Below are positions 46,040 through 55,213 of a stretch of DNA of 64,000 nt, piece after piece. The position numbers and the translations under genes are program-made. Location: assembly GCA_963674735.2 (NCBI GenBank), contig CAXXQS010000002.1, forward strand, positions 1,792,001-1,856,000, given 5' to 3'. Origin of the DNA: Myxococcota bacterium. GTDB taxonomy: Bacteria; Myxococcota_A; SURF-8. Each line of letters begins with the position of its first letter. Position 1 is the stretch's first letter. A model generated the notes under the pieces. The model did not search any database, had not been told where the DNA came from, and saw only the letters and a list, made by a program, of their open reading frames with translations.

Positions 46040-47680
46040 CTAAACGCCGGTTTTGAGGAAGAGGGTGAACACGCTGCCGCGACCCGGTCGGCTGTCGAGC
46101 ACGATGTCGCCGCCCATGCGGATCAGCACGTCGCGCACGAACGAAAGCCCCAGTCCCGAGCCTTTACCGGCGGTTTTGGTGGTGTAGAACATCTTGAACA
46201 GGCGCGCCTGTTCGTCTTCGGAAATGCCGCGTCCGTTGTCTTGAAAGGCCAGTCCGGCGAAGCCGGGACGGCTGGTGTCGAGAGCGAGGGACAGCCGTCG
46301 GTCGTCGCGCGGGGTTTCGGCGAGTTCGTCGATGGCGTTTTCGATCAGGTTTTTGATAACCTCGATCAGCAGCACCCTATCGGCGCTCACCGGCGGCAGG
46401 CGGTCGAGGCCCGGCCAATCGACGGCGATGGTGATGGGCGCGGCGAAGTCGTCGAAGAGCGCGAGGGCGGACTCGACGGCGGGTCGCAGCGGTTGGGTTT
46501 CGATGTTGAGCGGGCGCGGTTTCATCATGCCGATGGCCGATTCCAGGTATTCCACGTTGCGGCGGATCACCTCCACCGGGTCGCGGCGGCTTTCTGCGGC
46601 CGGGCGGATGCGTCCGAGCTGACGCTTCAGGGTGGCGATGGGACCGGCCATGGAGTGAAACCCGACCCGGAAGAGCTTTTCCATGCGGCCCACGACTTTA
46701 ACGAAGTTTGTGAGTTCACACAGGATTTCTTCGTCTTCCGCACTGAACGCACCGGGTTCGGGGCTTTCGACGTTAAGGATGTGGGTGACCGAGCCGCCCT
46801 GCAAAACCGGCACCGCCAGCTCGCTTCCCTGCAGATTGCCCAGGCGGTCGTCGTAGCGGCCTTCGCGTCGCAAAACGGAGATATCCGGTACATTGACGGG
46901 TTTGCCCGAGTGGGCCGCCGCGCCGCTGACCGATTTTTCGGGCGGAACGTCGGGGCGGGCGAGGTCGTCGGGATGGGTGGAGGCCACGATGGTCAGGTGG
47001 TCGGTGGCGACATCGTAGGTGAGAATCTGTCCGAAGGCGGCATCGGTGAGGTCGCAGACGGTGCGCACCAGGGCACCGTAGACGCCGCCGGGCGAGCCGA
47101 TGGAGTCGGCCAGCGCGCCGCTCATGTGCAGCAGTTGGCGTTGCCGTTCGGAGACGATCACCGCCGCCGCCGCCCCGGTGGCCAGAAATTCCAGTATCTC
47201 CAGGTGGGTTTCGTCGAAGGCGTCCGGGCGCGTGTTTTCGTAGTTCACGACCCCCAAAATGCGGCTGCCCGCGTAAAGCGGCACGGTGATTTCAGCGCGT
47301 TGTTTTGGGAAAACCGCCAGGTAATGGCGCGCGGCCGGGTGGCTGTCGGGCTTGGCGATATCCGGGACGACCGCCGCCTGGCGGTTGGCCACGACCCAGC
47401 CGCACACGCCGTTGGCGAGCGCCAGTTTCACGCCCACGTCTTCGGGATCGGTGGAGGCCACGATCTCGAACTGCCCGCCGCGAATCAGCAAAAACTGCCC
47501 GATGGTGTCGGCGGGCATGAGTTGGCGCACTTCTTCGATGATGGTGTCGAGAATGGCGGCCTGGCTGAGACTGCTGGACGCCAGCATCTCGTTCATGCGG
47601 TTCAGAATATGATTGACCTGTCCCACCGCGTGCAGCAATTCCGTCGCGCGGCCGATCAGGCTTTTTGCGGGACCATTCAT
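46040..47680 (-). CDS. Cytoplasmic GAF-GAF sensor histidine kinase
   Basis: Two GAF-like repeats (GVCGWV..EITVPL; SVSG..ELAVPV), FHSMAGP, NLIENA, DNGRG, FYTTK, GSGLGL. Confidence 0.88.
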   Translation of the reverse strand: MNGPAKSLIGRATELLHAVGQVNHILNRMNEMLASSSLSQAAILDTIIEEVRQLMPADTIGQFLLIRGGQFEIVASTDPEDVGVKLALANGVCGWVVANRQAAVVPDIAKPDSHPAARHYLAVFPKQRAEITVPLYAGSRILGVVNYENTRPDAFDETHLEILEFLATGAAAAVIVSERQRQLLHMSGALADSIGSPGGVYGALVRTVCDLTDAAFGQILTYDVATDHLTIVASTHPDDLARPDVPPEKSVSGAAAHSGKPVNVPDISVLRREGRYDDRLGNLQGSELAVPVLQGGSVTHILNVESPEPGAFSAEDEEILCELTNFVKVVGRMEKLFRVGFHSMAGPIATLKRQLGRIRPAAESRRDPVEVIRRNVEYLESAIGMMKPRPLNIETQPLRPAVESALALFDDFAAPITIAVDWPGLDRLPPVSADRVLLIEVIKNLIENAIDELAETPRDDRRLSLALDTSRPGFAGLAFQDNGRGISEDEQARLFKMFYTTKTAGKGSGLGLSFVRDVLIRMGGDIVLDSRPGRGSVFTLFLKTGV

Positions 47681-47732
47681 GGCGTTATCTCCCTGCGACC
47701 GCAGCCTGCGGCTTGCGCCGGGCGGTCGTTTG

Positions 47733-48212
47733 TCAGTCGCCCCATTCGTTGGAGGGCGGGAAGGGCATGCGGGCCAGACGCTGTTTGGCGTCTTGGGCGC
47801 GTAAAACGGCCTCGGACACGACGCGCAGCAACTCGCTGTCGTCGGTTTCCAGCTTACTCAGATAAACGGCTCCCTGGCCGCTCATCCGGGTGGCGCGTTT
47901 GATCGAGGGCAGGCTGGTGAGGATAATGGCCTGGGTGGCCGGATAGTGTTCGCCGATATGCCGATAAAGCTCTTCACCGGCGAAATCACTCATCTTTCCA
48001 GTGAAGTCGGGCATGGTCATATCGATGACGGCGACGGCATAGTCGCCGGTTTTGAGCTGTTCGCGGGCCGCGTCTCCCCCGGCGGCGCTGTCGATCGGGT
48101 ACCCGAGTTCGGTCAGTGCTTCTTGATAGTCCGCGCGCACGTCCGCATCATCATCCACCACCAGCAACCGCCATTTGGGCTCGTTCATGTCCGCCTCCAT
48201 TGCCACTGTCAT
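47733..48212 (-). CDS. Single-domain response regulator (start may be 48188)
   Basis: LLVVDDD, IDMTMP, ILT, YLSK. Confidence 0.85.
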   Translation of the reverse strand: MTVAMEADMNEPKWRLLVVDDDADVRADYQEALTELGYPIDSAAGGDAAREQLKTGDYAVAVIDMTMPDFTGKMSDFAGEELYRHIGEHYPATQAIILTSLPSIKRATRMSGQGAVYLSKLETDDSELLRVVSEAVLRAQDAKQRLARMPFPPSNEWGD

Positions 48213-48369
48213 CAGGGTCTTTTATGCTAGCACTCCCACTCGGTTGCGGCAACCGCATTTTGCAGGTCGGCGCGCAAGGAAAAGTGAGAGTCGGGTATCT
48301 TAACGGGATTATTGAGAAAATCGGCATGGGGGCCGCTTTCGAATCCCGGGTCTTTTAGGTACCAATTTC

Positions 48370-48398
48370 TTTACATTCGGGGGGGACGCTCCTATAAT
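48370..48398 (+). promoter_or_regulatory. Sigma70-type promoter for lepB
   Basis: TTTACA-N17-TATAAT. Confidence 0.65.
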
Positions 48399-48458
48399 GA
48401 ACCGTTTTTCTTTCGGTGGATGGATTGAAACCTCCGTGTCGGTAAGGACAAAACTGAC

Positions 48459-49349
48459 GTGAAACGCGATGTGAAAAAGCTGGAACGGAAGACGCGCTAC
48501 CTGATGAAGGAAGCGGGCCGCATTTTACGAAAGTGGCGCAAAAAACTGACCGCGGCGCAGCTCGAACCGCTGGCGCTGGCCATGCTCGGGTATCGTCAGG
48601 CGCTGGAGGACGACGATCCGGTGGCGTTGAACCAGGCGGCCAAGCATCTCGAACATCTGCTCGACGGCGAGTTCGCCTTCGCCCGTAAAAGCGGCCTGCG
48701 CGATTGGGCGGAGTCGCTCGGTATCGCGTTGATGATCGCGTTGTTCTTGCGCGCGTTCGTTCTGGAGGCGTTTAAAATTCCGTCCGGCTCCATGATTCCC
48801 ACCTTGCAGGTGGGCGACCATATTTTCGTCAACAAATTCACCTACGGCATTCGCCTGCCGGTGGTGGGCAAGCGCATCGTACAATGGGCGCAGCCCGAAC
48901 GCGGTGACGTGATCGTGTTCGCCTATCCCCACGATCCCGACAAGGATTACATCAAGCGGGTGATCGGCATTCCCGGCGACCGCATCATCGTGGACGGCCA
49001 GGACGTGTATGTCAACGGCGAGCGCATCATTCAGAGCGATGCTTCTCCTTATACTTATGTGGATGAGAACAGCGGCGATCATCGCCAGTGCCTGCGCCAT
49101 CAGGCGGTGCTCGGCAACGCCCAGTTCACGACCATCTACGATCCGTCGCGCCGTCATCCGGTGGCGGAATATCGCGTGAAGGCCAAGCACCTGTTCGTCA
49201 TGGGCGACAATCGCGACAACAGCGCCGACAGCCGCACCTGGGGGCAGGTTCCCTTCGACAACATCAAAGGGCGCGCCCTGGTGGTCTGGTGGTCCTATTC
49301 GGGCCGCAGCGGCGTTCGGCGCGACCGCATCGGCCACCTGATCGACTGA
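48459..49349 (+). CDS. lepB: Signal peptidase I
   Basis: IPSGSMIPTL, RGDVIVF, YIKRVIG.PGD, MGDNRDNSADSR. Confidence 0.95.
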   Translation: MKRDVKKLERKTRYLMKEAGRILRKWRKKLTAAQLEPLALAMLGYRQALEDDDPVALNQAAKHLEHLLDGEFAFARKSGLRDWAESLGIALMIALFLRAFVLEAFKIPSGSMIPTLQVGDHIFVNKFTYGIRLPVVGKRIVQWAQPERGDVIVFAYPHDPDKDYIKRVIGIPGDRIIVDGQDVYVNGERIIQSDASPYTYVDENSGDHRQCLRHQAVLGNAQFTTIYDPSRRHPVAEYRVKAKHLFVMGDNRDNSADSRTWGQVPFDNIKGRALVVWWSYSGRSGVRRDRIGHLID

Positions 49350-49353
49350 CGCC

Positions 49354-50148
49354 ATGGCCACTCGCCGCGCCGCCGCCGACTCGCAATTGGCGTTGCCGCT
49401 TCCCCGGCGACGCAAAGCCGCCGCGCGGGCGGACGCCGGTCTTCCCGAACCCACCCTGGAGCAGAAACGGCATTTTCAACGCATCCTCGATCGTGAAGCG
49501 CAGCGGCCCTGGCGCGTGATCTGGACCAACAATCGCAGCACCATGATTTCGTATCGGCGCGACCGGCAGCCGCCCGTTTTGCGGCTGCATCGCCTGTTCG
49601 CCGTCGCGCCCGAATCGGTTTGGGTGGGGATCGTGCATACCATCGAGGGCCGTCGACGCGGCTGGCCCGCGGCGGTGGACCGCTTGATCGCCGCGCACAT
49701 CGACCGCATACGCGCCGCCGCGGAGCGTCGCCACGCTCCGCTACGCCCGCAGGGCGCGGTCTACGACCTGACGGCGCTTTTGGCCAAGTTGAACAAGGCG
49801 TACTTCCAAAAACGCATTCACGCGCGTGTGGGTTGGATGTCGGCTCCGTCGCGGCGGCAGGTGTCGGTGAAACTGGGCAGTTACGCGGAGGAGAGCGACA
49901 CCATTCGGTTGCATCCGGTTTTGGATCAGCGGCAGGTGCCCGCCTACGTGGTGGAGTCGGTGCTGTTCCACGAGATGGTGCATGCGCTATTGAAGACGCG
50001 TATGGTTAATGGAAGGCGCATTGCCCACGGGCGCGACTTCAAGGCGCTGGAGGCGTCGTACCCCAAGCTGGAGCAGGCGGAACGCTGGCTGGAACAGCAT
50101 CAGGCCTTGCTGATGCGCGGAGCGCCGCGTCGTCGCAAAACGGGGTGA
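49354..50148 (+). CDS. SprT-like zinc metalloprotease
   Basis: LNKAYF, LGSY, IRLHPVLD, HEMVH, HGRDF. Confidence 0.8.
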   Translation: MATRRAAADSQLALPLPRRRKAAARADAGLPEPTLEQKRHFQRILDREAQRPWRVIWTNNRSTMISYRRDRQPPVLRLHRLFAVAPESVWVGIVHTIEGRRRGWPAAVDRLIAAHIDRIRAAAERRHAPLRPQGAVYDLTALLAKLNKAYFQKRIHARVGWMSAPSRRQVSVKLGSYAEESDTIRLHPVLDQRQVPAYVVESVLFHEMVHALLKTRMVNGRRIAHGRDFKALEASYPKLEQAERWLEQHQALLMRGAPRRRKTG

Positions 50149-50154
50149 AGGGTG

Positions 50155-50685
50155 GAAGACCTGTTTGCGCTCGATGCGTCGGATGCGCGGTTGTGTCGCC
50201 CGGCCCGTTTCGTCGCGGATTCGCTTGCTGCGCGTTATGCGCCGTTTTTTCGCTCCCTTTTGGCCTGCGTGTTTTCCGGCAGGATGAAATCCGATAGGAA
50301 AACCGAGAATGCCGTAATACGTCACACCTAAGACGGGGGTCCGTGCGCCGGGCTGGATCGGCGGTGCATCGGGAACCGGAGTCACTGCGGGTTGGAAACG
50401 CGTGATAGCCCTGTGAATAAAGAACAAATCGTGTTCGGGCTCTGCGACTTCCGGGTGGGCGTGACGGTGTCATAATCAGTCAAATGATGAAAAGGGGAGG
50501 AATCGTAAGGTATAGCTAGAATAGTATATTGAATAGAAAACTTAGGATCGCCAAAGTAGGTGTTGTATCTCGTTGAAATAACAGGGAAATCCCGTATATG
50601 ACGAAGACGTCGTGGAGATGGCCGGGGAGAAGACGGGCGAAGTCGGTAGAAACAGACCCGATATCAGGGGCTTACGCAGACTACC
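50155..50685. repeat. Dispersed non-coding element, copy B (inverted relative to copy A; boundaries approximate)
   Basis: CGCTCGATGCG (50168-50178), TGCCGTAATACGTCACACCT (50310-50329), TATCTCGTTGAAATAACA (50566-50583). Confidence 0.8.
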
Positions 50686-50729
50686 CCCCCCGGATTATCG
50701 CTGTTTCGGGCGGGTGGAGAAGCGGCGCG

Positions 50730-51062
50730 TCAGGTCTGCGGCGGTTTATCCGCATCCACCAGCGGCTCCAACTCGACCAGCGTTGCGCCCCAGCTTCCCG
50801 CGCCTTGGCCGCCCAACTCGAAATGACGCACGTAAGGCAGCCGTTCCAGCAGCGCCTGCACGCCGCGACGCAGCACGCCCTTGCCCTTGCCGTGCACCAC
50901 GCGCACCTGCAGAATGCCGCGCTCGCGGCAGGCCATGAGGTAATCGGGCAACAGTTCCTTCACCTCGGCGGGGCGAAAGGTGTGCAGGTCCAGTTCGCCG
51001 TTGATGGGGATTTCCACCGTTTCCGGTTCCCAGAACTCATCGTCGGGGGGATCGTAGGGCAC
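50730..51062 (-). CDS. Stand-alone Smr-domain protein
   Basis: LDLHTF, VVHGKGKGVLR, WGAT; GTG start 51062 with RBS AAAGGA. Confidence 0.88.
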   Translation of the reverse strand: MPYDPPDDEFWEPETVEIPINGELDLHTFRPAEVKELLPDYLMACRERGILQVRVVHGKGKGVLRRGVQALLERLPYVRHFELGGQGAGSWGATLVELEPLVDADKPPQT

Positions 51063-51225
51063 GTTGTAATCCTTTACAAAGCCGGACGGGAGCTTGGTTC
51101 CAGCGGAAGGGCTTCTTGAGTCGGCAAGAATGAAGATGGGCAACAAGTTGCCCCTCCTTCCCTGGAAAAAACAGAAAGGCTCCGTGTTGGAGCGCGTCTC
51201 CGTCGGGTTCCGGCATCGGCACCGT

Positions 51226-52812
51226 TTAATAATAACGGAATCCGTCGCCGGATTCCAGTGTCAAACCGTGGTCGCGGGCGGTGTCGAAATACGAACCGTC
51301 GCTCAGGCGAAGTTGCCCGGAAATCCCCACACGAATGGCCGCCGGTCCCGCCACCGGGCAGGCGTGCTCGCAACTGCCGCAGCCGTTGCAACGCGCTTCG
51401 TCCACGAACGGCCGCCGGTCGCCGCCGGGGATTTCCTTCCAGGTGATGGCGGCGTACGGACAGTTTTCGTCGCAGACAAGACAGTAGCGTCCCTGTTCCC
51501 ACACTACGCAGCGGCCCGGATCGATGACGGCGTTGCCCAGTTTGGCGTAAGGCTTTTCCTGAAAACTCAGTTCGCGGATGGCGTTGGTCGGGCAGACGAT
51601 TCCACACGCGTTACAGGTGGGCTCGCAGGGGCCGAGGCGCAAAACGGCCATGGGCGTCATCACGCCCGCCGGACCCGCCTCGAACCAGGCCGGTTGCAAG
51701 CAGTGTGTGGGACAGGCCTGCATGCATGCGCCGCAACGTACGCAACGCGCCAGAAAATCGGGTTCGGGCAATGCACCGGGTGGCCGGATCGTGTGTTCGT
51801 CGGCTAAAAGCGAGGTCGGATGGTGCCCCAGCCACAGCGCGCCCAGCGTTCCCGCGCCGACTGCTCCCAAAGCCTGACGACGCGAGAGATCGAGCCCGGC
51901 CTTGCGGGATGGGGTCGCGGCGGGGGCGGAATCCGTTTCCGACACGGTGGATAGGGCGCTTAGGGGAACGAAGTCGGTGACGTGCAGGTGGCAGTCGGGC
52001 ACGCAACGTCCGCACTGGATGCATTCTCCCGGGTCGTATCGACGGCGGTCGGTAGCGTCGATGGCCCCGGTTTCACAGGTGCGGCCGCATTTACCGTCGC
52101 CGTCGCAGGCGATACCGACGCGCCGACGCATGACAGAAAAACGCGCGAACAGCCCGAACAGCGCTCCCAGCGGGCACAAGCTGCGGCAGTAGAAACGCCG
52201 TTGATAGCGCCCCAGCCACAGCAGTGCGAACAGAAACAGCAGTGCGACGAACCCGCCGCCGTTGAGAAAAGCCGGGTTAAGGGTGGTGCGTGCCAGTCCC
52301 ATAAAACCGGCCCATTCGAGCAGCGGCCGCGCGAGATCCAGCAGGCCGTTGCCGCCGATGAGCACCAGCGGCCAGAGCGCCCAGGCCACCAGACGGGTCA
52401 TCCAGCACAGGGGATCGAGCCAGTAAACCAGCCCCTGACCGAAGAGCGCGGCGACCAGGATCAGCAGCAGAAAAGCGTATTTGACACCCCGCCACAGGCG
52501 CGCGTCGTTTTTCAGGCGGCGCTTGCGACGGCGGCCGAGCAGGTCGTCGCCGAGTTCCAGGCAGGTGCCCAGCGGACACATCCAGCCGCAGAAAAAACGG
52601 CCCAAAACCAGCGTGAGGCCCAGCATGGCGAAGCCGATCACGAGAGCGGGCAGCCAAACCCGCCCCGCCAGAGCCGCTTGAATCGACACCAGCGGGTCGA
52701 GACGCAGAAAGATGGCGGACGCGTCCGATTCGGGCGGCTGGTAAAGCGCCAGCACGCTCAGGGTGACGAAAAGCGCCAGCATGAGCAGTTGAATGGAACG
52801 GCGAAGAGTCAT
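51226..52812 (-). CDS. Membrane polyferredoxin (NapH/MauN-like + NapG/MauM-like)
   Basis: GRFFCGWMCPLG, RFYCRSLCPLG, IRPPGA, multiple CxxCxxCxxxCP motifs. Confidence 0.9.
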   Translation of the reverse strand: MTLRRSIQLLMLALFVTLSVLALYQPPESDASAIFLRLDPLVSIQAALAGRVWLPALVIGFAMLGLTLVLGRFFCGWMCPLGTCLELGDDLLGRRRKRRLKNDARLWRGVKYAFLLLILVAALFGQGLVYWLDPLCWMTRLVAWALWPLVLIGGNGLLDLARPLLEWAGFMGLARTTLNPAFLNGGGFVALLFLFALLWLGRYQRRFYCRSLCPLGALFGLFARFSVMRRRVGIACDGDGKCGRTCETGAIDATDRRRYDPGECIQCGRCVPDCHLHVTDFVPLSALSTVSETDSAPAATPSRKAGLDLSRRQALGAVGAGTLGALWLGHHPTSLLADEHTIRPPGALPEPDFLARCVRCGACMQACPTHCLQPAWFEAGPAGVMTPMAVLRLGPCEPTCNACGIVCPTNAIRELSFQEKPYAKLGNAVIDPGRCVVWEQGRYCLVCDENCPYAAITWKEIPGGDRRPFVDEARCNGCGSCEHACPVAGPAAIRVGISGQLRLSDGSYFDTARDHGLTLESGDGFRYY

Positions 52813-53756
52813 ACGGTCTTTTTGAACACGTTCAGGGTGGAAATGTCAAGCGAACCGAGTTGATGCTCGGCGGCATAGACCAGAAACGGAATATCCTGGG
52901 GCTTGTAACCCTTGCCGCCGTAAGGGGCCAACGTGAGGCCGTAGGCATCCACCGATACCGGGTTGACGCCCGCCAGGACGGTGTCGAGGGCGTCGATGCG
53001 CCCCGGCCCGCCCGGTCCGCCGGTGACGAGTGCGCGCGTGGCGTCGAGCAGGGTGAGTTTGGGGCGGATGAAGGTGGCCATGTCGGCGATGGCCTGATGC
53101 AGGTTGACGGCCACGTGCCAGTAACGGCGGTCGAGCACCGCGCCCATCCAGTTTTTCATGCCGAAGCTCACCTTGGCGGAGCCGTGCGACTTGGCTACCG
53201 GGGCGTTGATCACGCAGTCGGCGTCCAGAATATCGACGGCCACGGCGGCTTTCTTGAGGGCTTTGCCGCGTGGAATGGCGACCTCGCGGAAGAAATTGTC
53301 GCGGGTGATGGTGAATGCGTAGGTGTCGTCGAGCCCCTCGACGGCTTTGGCCACTCCGCAAGCGCCCAGGGCGACATCGGCCTTGTGGCAGGGATTGTCG
53401 AACACCATCACGCGCTTGGCCCCGGCTTCCAGCGCCAGTTCGGCCAGGGCGCGGATGACGCGCGGGTCGGTGGTGGTGGCTTTTTCGGGGGCGTTGCCGA
53501 AGCCCATGTTGGGTTTGATGGCCACTTTGTCCCCCTTGGAGACGAAGCGACTCATGCCGCCCAATGCGGCGACGGCGGCGCGCACGTTTTTCGCCGGGTC
53601 GGGGCCTTTGATCAGCGCAAGATCGGGAATCGCCTTGGCCGGGGCGGTCGGTTCCTGTGCCCAGGCGGCGCGAAAGGGCAGCAGTTCGGCGGAAAGCCGG
53701 GCGGACAAGCCACCGACGGCGGCCAGTTTGAGGGCGTCACGGCGGGTAAGTGGCAT
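52809..53756 (-). CDS. Tat-exported DUF362 protein
   Basis: TRRDALK signal; LGGM..FV..GD.V.IKPN, TTDP, KSH, MKNWMG, GPGG; start ATG 53756. Confidence 0.88.
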   Translation of the reverse strand: MPLTRRDALKLAAVGGLSARLSAELLPFRAAWAQEPTAPAKAIPDLALIKGPDPAKNVRAAVAALGGMSRFVSKGDKVAIKPNMGFGNAPEKATTTDPRVIRALAELALEAGAKRVMVFDNPCHKADVALGACGVAKAVEGLDDTYAFTITRDNFFREVAIPRGKALKKAAVAVDILDADCVINAPVAKSHGSAKVSFGMKNWMGAVLDRRYWHVAVNLHQAIADMATFIRPKLTLLDATRALVTGGPGGPGRIDALDTVLAGVNPVSVDAYGLTLAPYGGKGYKPQDIPFLVYAAEHQLGSLDISTLNVFKKTV

Positions 53757-54004
53757 GGCGGTCTCCCTGGTTGGTTGCGGATCCTGACGTTGCCGTTTTA
53801 CTGTATCGGAAGCGGAGCCGGAAACCAGGATTTTTATCATAACCGACCCGGTAAGACTTAAGAGGGTTTCGACTCGCCGTTTTTTTCCGTTTTTTCACGA
53901 GCGATCGTAAAAAATCACACAATTCGAATGGACCCTCGACCGTATTTGCCGGTATGATAGCGCCGCGATCGAGCCGAAATACCGAATCAACGACGGGATG
54001 GGAC

Positions 54005-54922
54005 ATGACGATACGTGAACCCGAACTTCGAACCCTTACGCGGCCCGACGGCAAGCTGGCTTATTGGGAGTGGAAGCAGGCCGGTTCCGCCGCGCCGCTC
54101 TTGCATTTCGCCCACGCGAACGGCTTCAACGGCTTTACCTACCGGCGCTTGTTGGGACGTCTGGCCCAGCGGGTCCGTGTGTGTGCTTGGGACGCGCGCG
54201 GCCACGGCCGCTCGACCCTGAACCGCGATCCGGCCGGATTGACGTCGTGGGATGTATATCAATCTGATTTAATTGCGCTTTTGGATTCGTTTGGCGAACC
54301 GGCGGTTTTGGTCGGGCATTCGATGGGCGGCACGGTGAGCCTGGAGACGACGGCGGCGCGGCCCGATTTGGTGCGCGCCCTGATCCTGATCGATCCGGTT
54401 ATTTTCCCCTATTTCTGGCTGCAAATGTGGGGCTTGTTCAAAAATCTGGGTCTGGGTCAGCGCATTCCCATCGCCGCCCGGGCGGCCAAACGGCGTGCGC
54501 TTTGGCCGGATCGCGACACCCTGTTCGACAGCTACCGCCGACAAGCGGTCTTCGGCGGCTGGCCGGACGCCTGGTTACGCGATTATATCGCGGGCGGCAC
54601 GACGGACCGTGCCGATGGCCGGGTGGAACTGAGTTGTCGGCCCGAGTGGGAGGCGCGCAGTTTCGCCACCTTGTCGCACAAAGCGTGGGCGCGCATGCGC
54701 GGCGTGCGTGTGCCGGTGCTGGTGCTGTGCGGGGCGCGTAGCGATACGTTCCTCCCGGCGGCCCGACGGCGCATTCAACGGGTGCTGCCCCAGGCGCGGG
54801 TGGTTTGCGTGGAGGAGGTGGGCCATTTCGTTCCGATGGAAGCCGCCCAGCGCGTACAGACCGAAATCGAAGGTTTTCTTGCCGATCTGCCTGAGATGGC
54901 GGGCGGGCCGGAAGCGGCGTAG
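54005..54922 (+). CDS. Alpha/beta hydrolase
   Basis: HANGF, DARGHGRS, GHSMGG, LIDP, GHFVPME; stop codon supplied by the MITE. Confidence 0.9.
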   Translation: MTIREPELRTLTRPDGKLAYWEWKQAGSAAPLLHFAHANGFNGFTYRRLLGRLAQRVRVCAWDARGHGRSTLNRDPAGLTSWDVYQSDLIALLDSFGEPAVLVGHSMGGTVSLETTAARPDLVRALILIDPVIFPYFWLQMWGLFKNLGLGQRIPIAARAAKRRALWPDRDTLFDSYRRQAVFGGWPDAWLRDYIAGGTTDRADGRVELSCRPEWEARSFATLSHKAWARMRGVRVPVLVLCGARSDTFLPAARRRIQRVLPQARVVCVEEVGHFVPMEAAQRVQTEIEGFLADLPEMAGGPEAA

Positions 54923-55102
54923 GGTGTTTAACTCTGATTTTAGTCTCGAATCATCTTCGATTGATGATGGGTGGCACGGGCTAAACCGTCAGGTTTGCCC
55001 GTGAAAACAGCATGGGCAAGCCAAAGGCTTGGCCCATGGCACCCCGTAAGCCGAATTATCGTGGGTGGAAAACGGTCAAAAGCTTAGAATTGAAACGCCG
55101 TG
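54920..55102. mobile_element. MITE copy 2 (183 bp, inverted relative to copy 1)
   Basis: About 11 differences from copy 1 by manual alignment; flanking direct repeat GAAGCGGCG (54911-54919, 55103-55111). Confidence 0.9.
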
Positions 55103-55213
55103 GAAGCGGCGGCATGTCCTTGACTTCAGGTGGAAAAGGCAAGTAAACTCGGAGCGACTATCCTTAGAATCAAAAGTCAATATGGATCACGTTCGACGAA
55201 GTGGAGCAAAACA

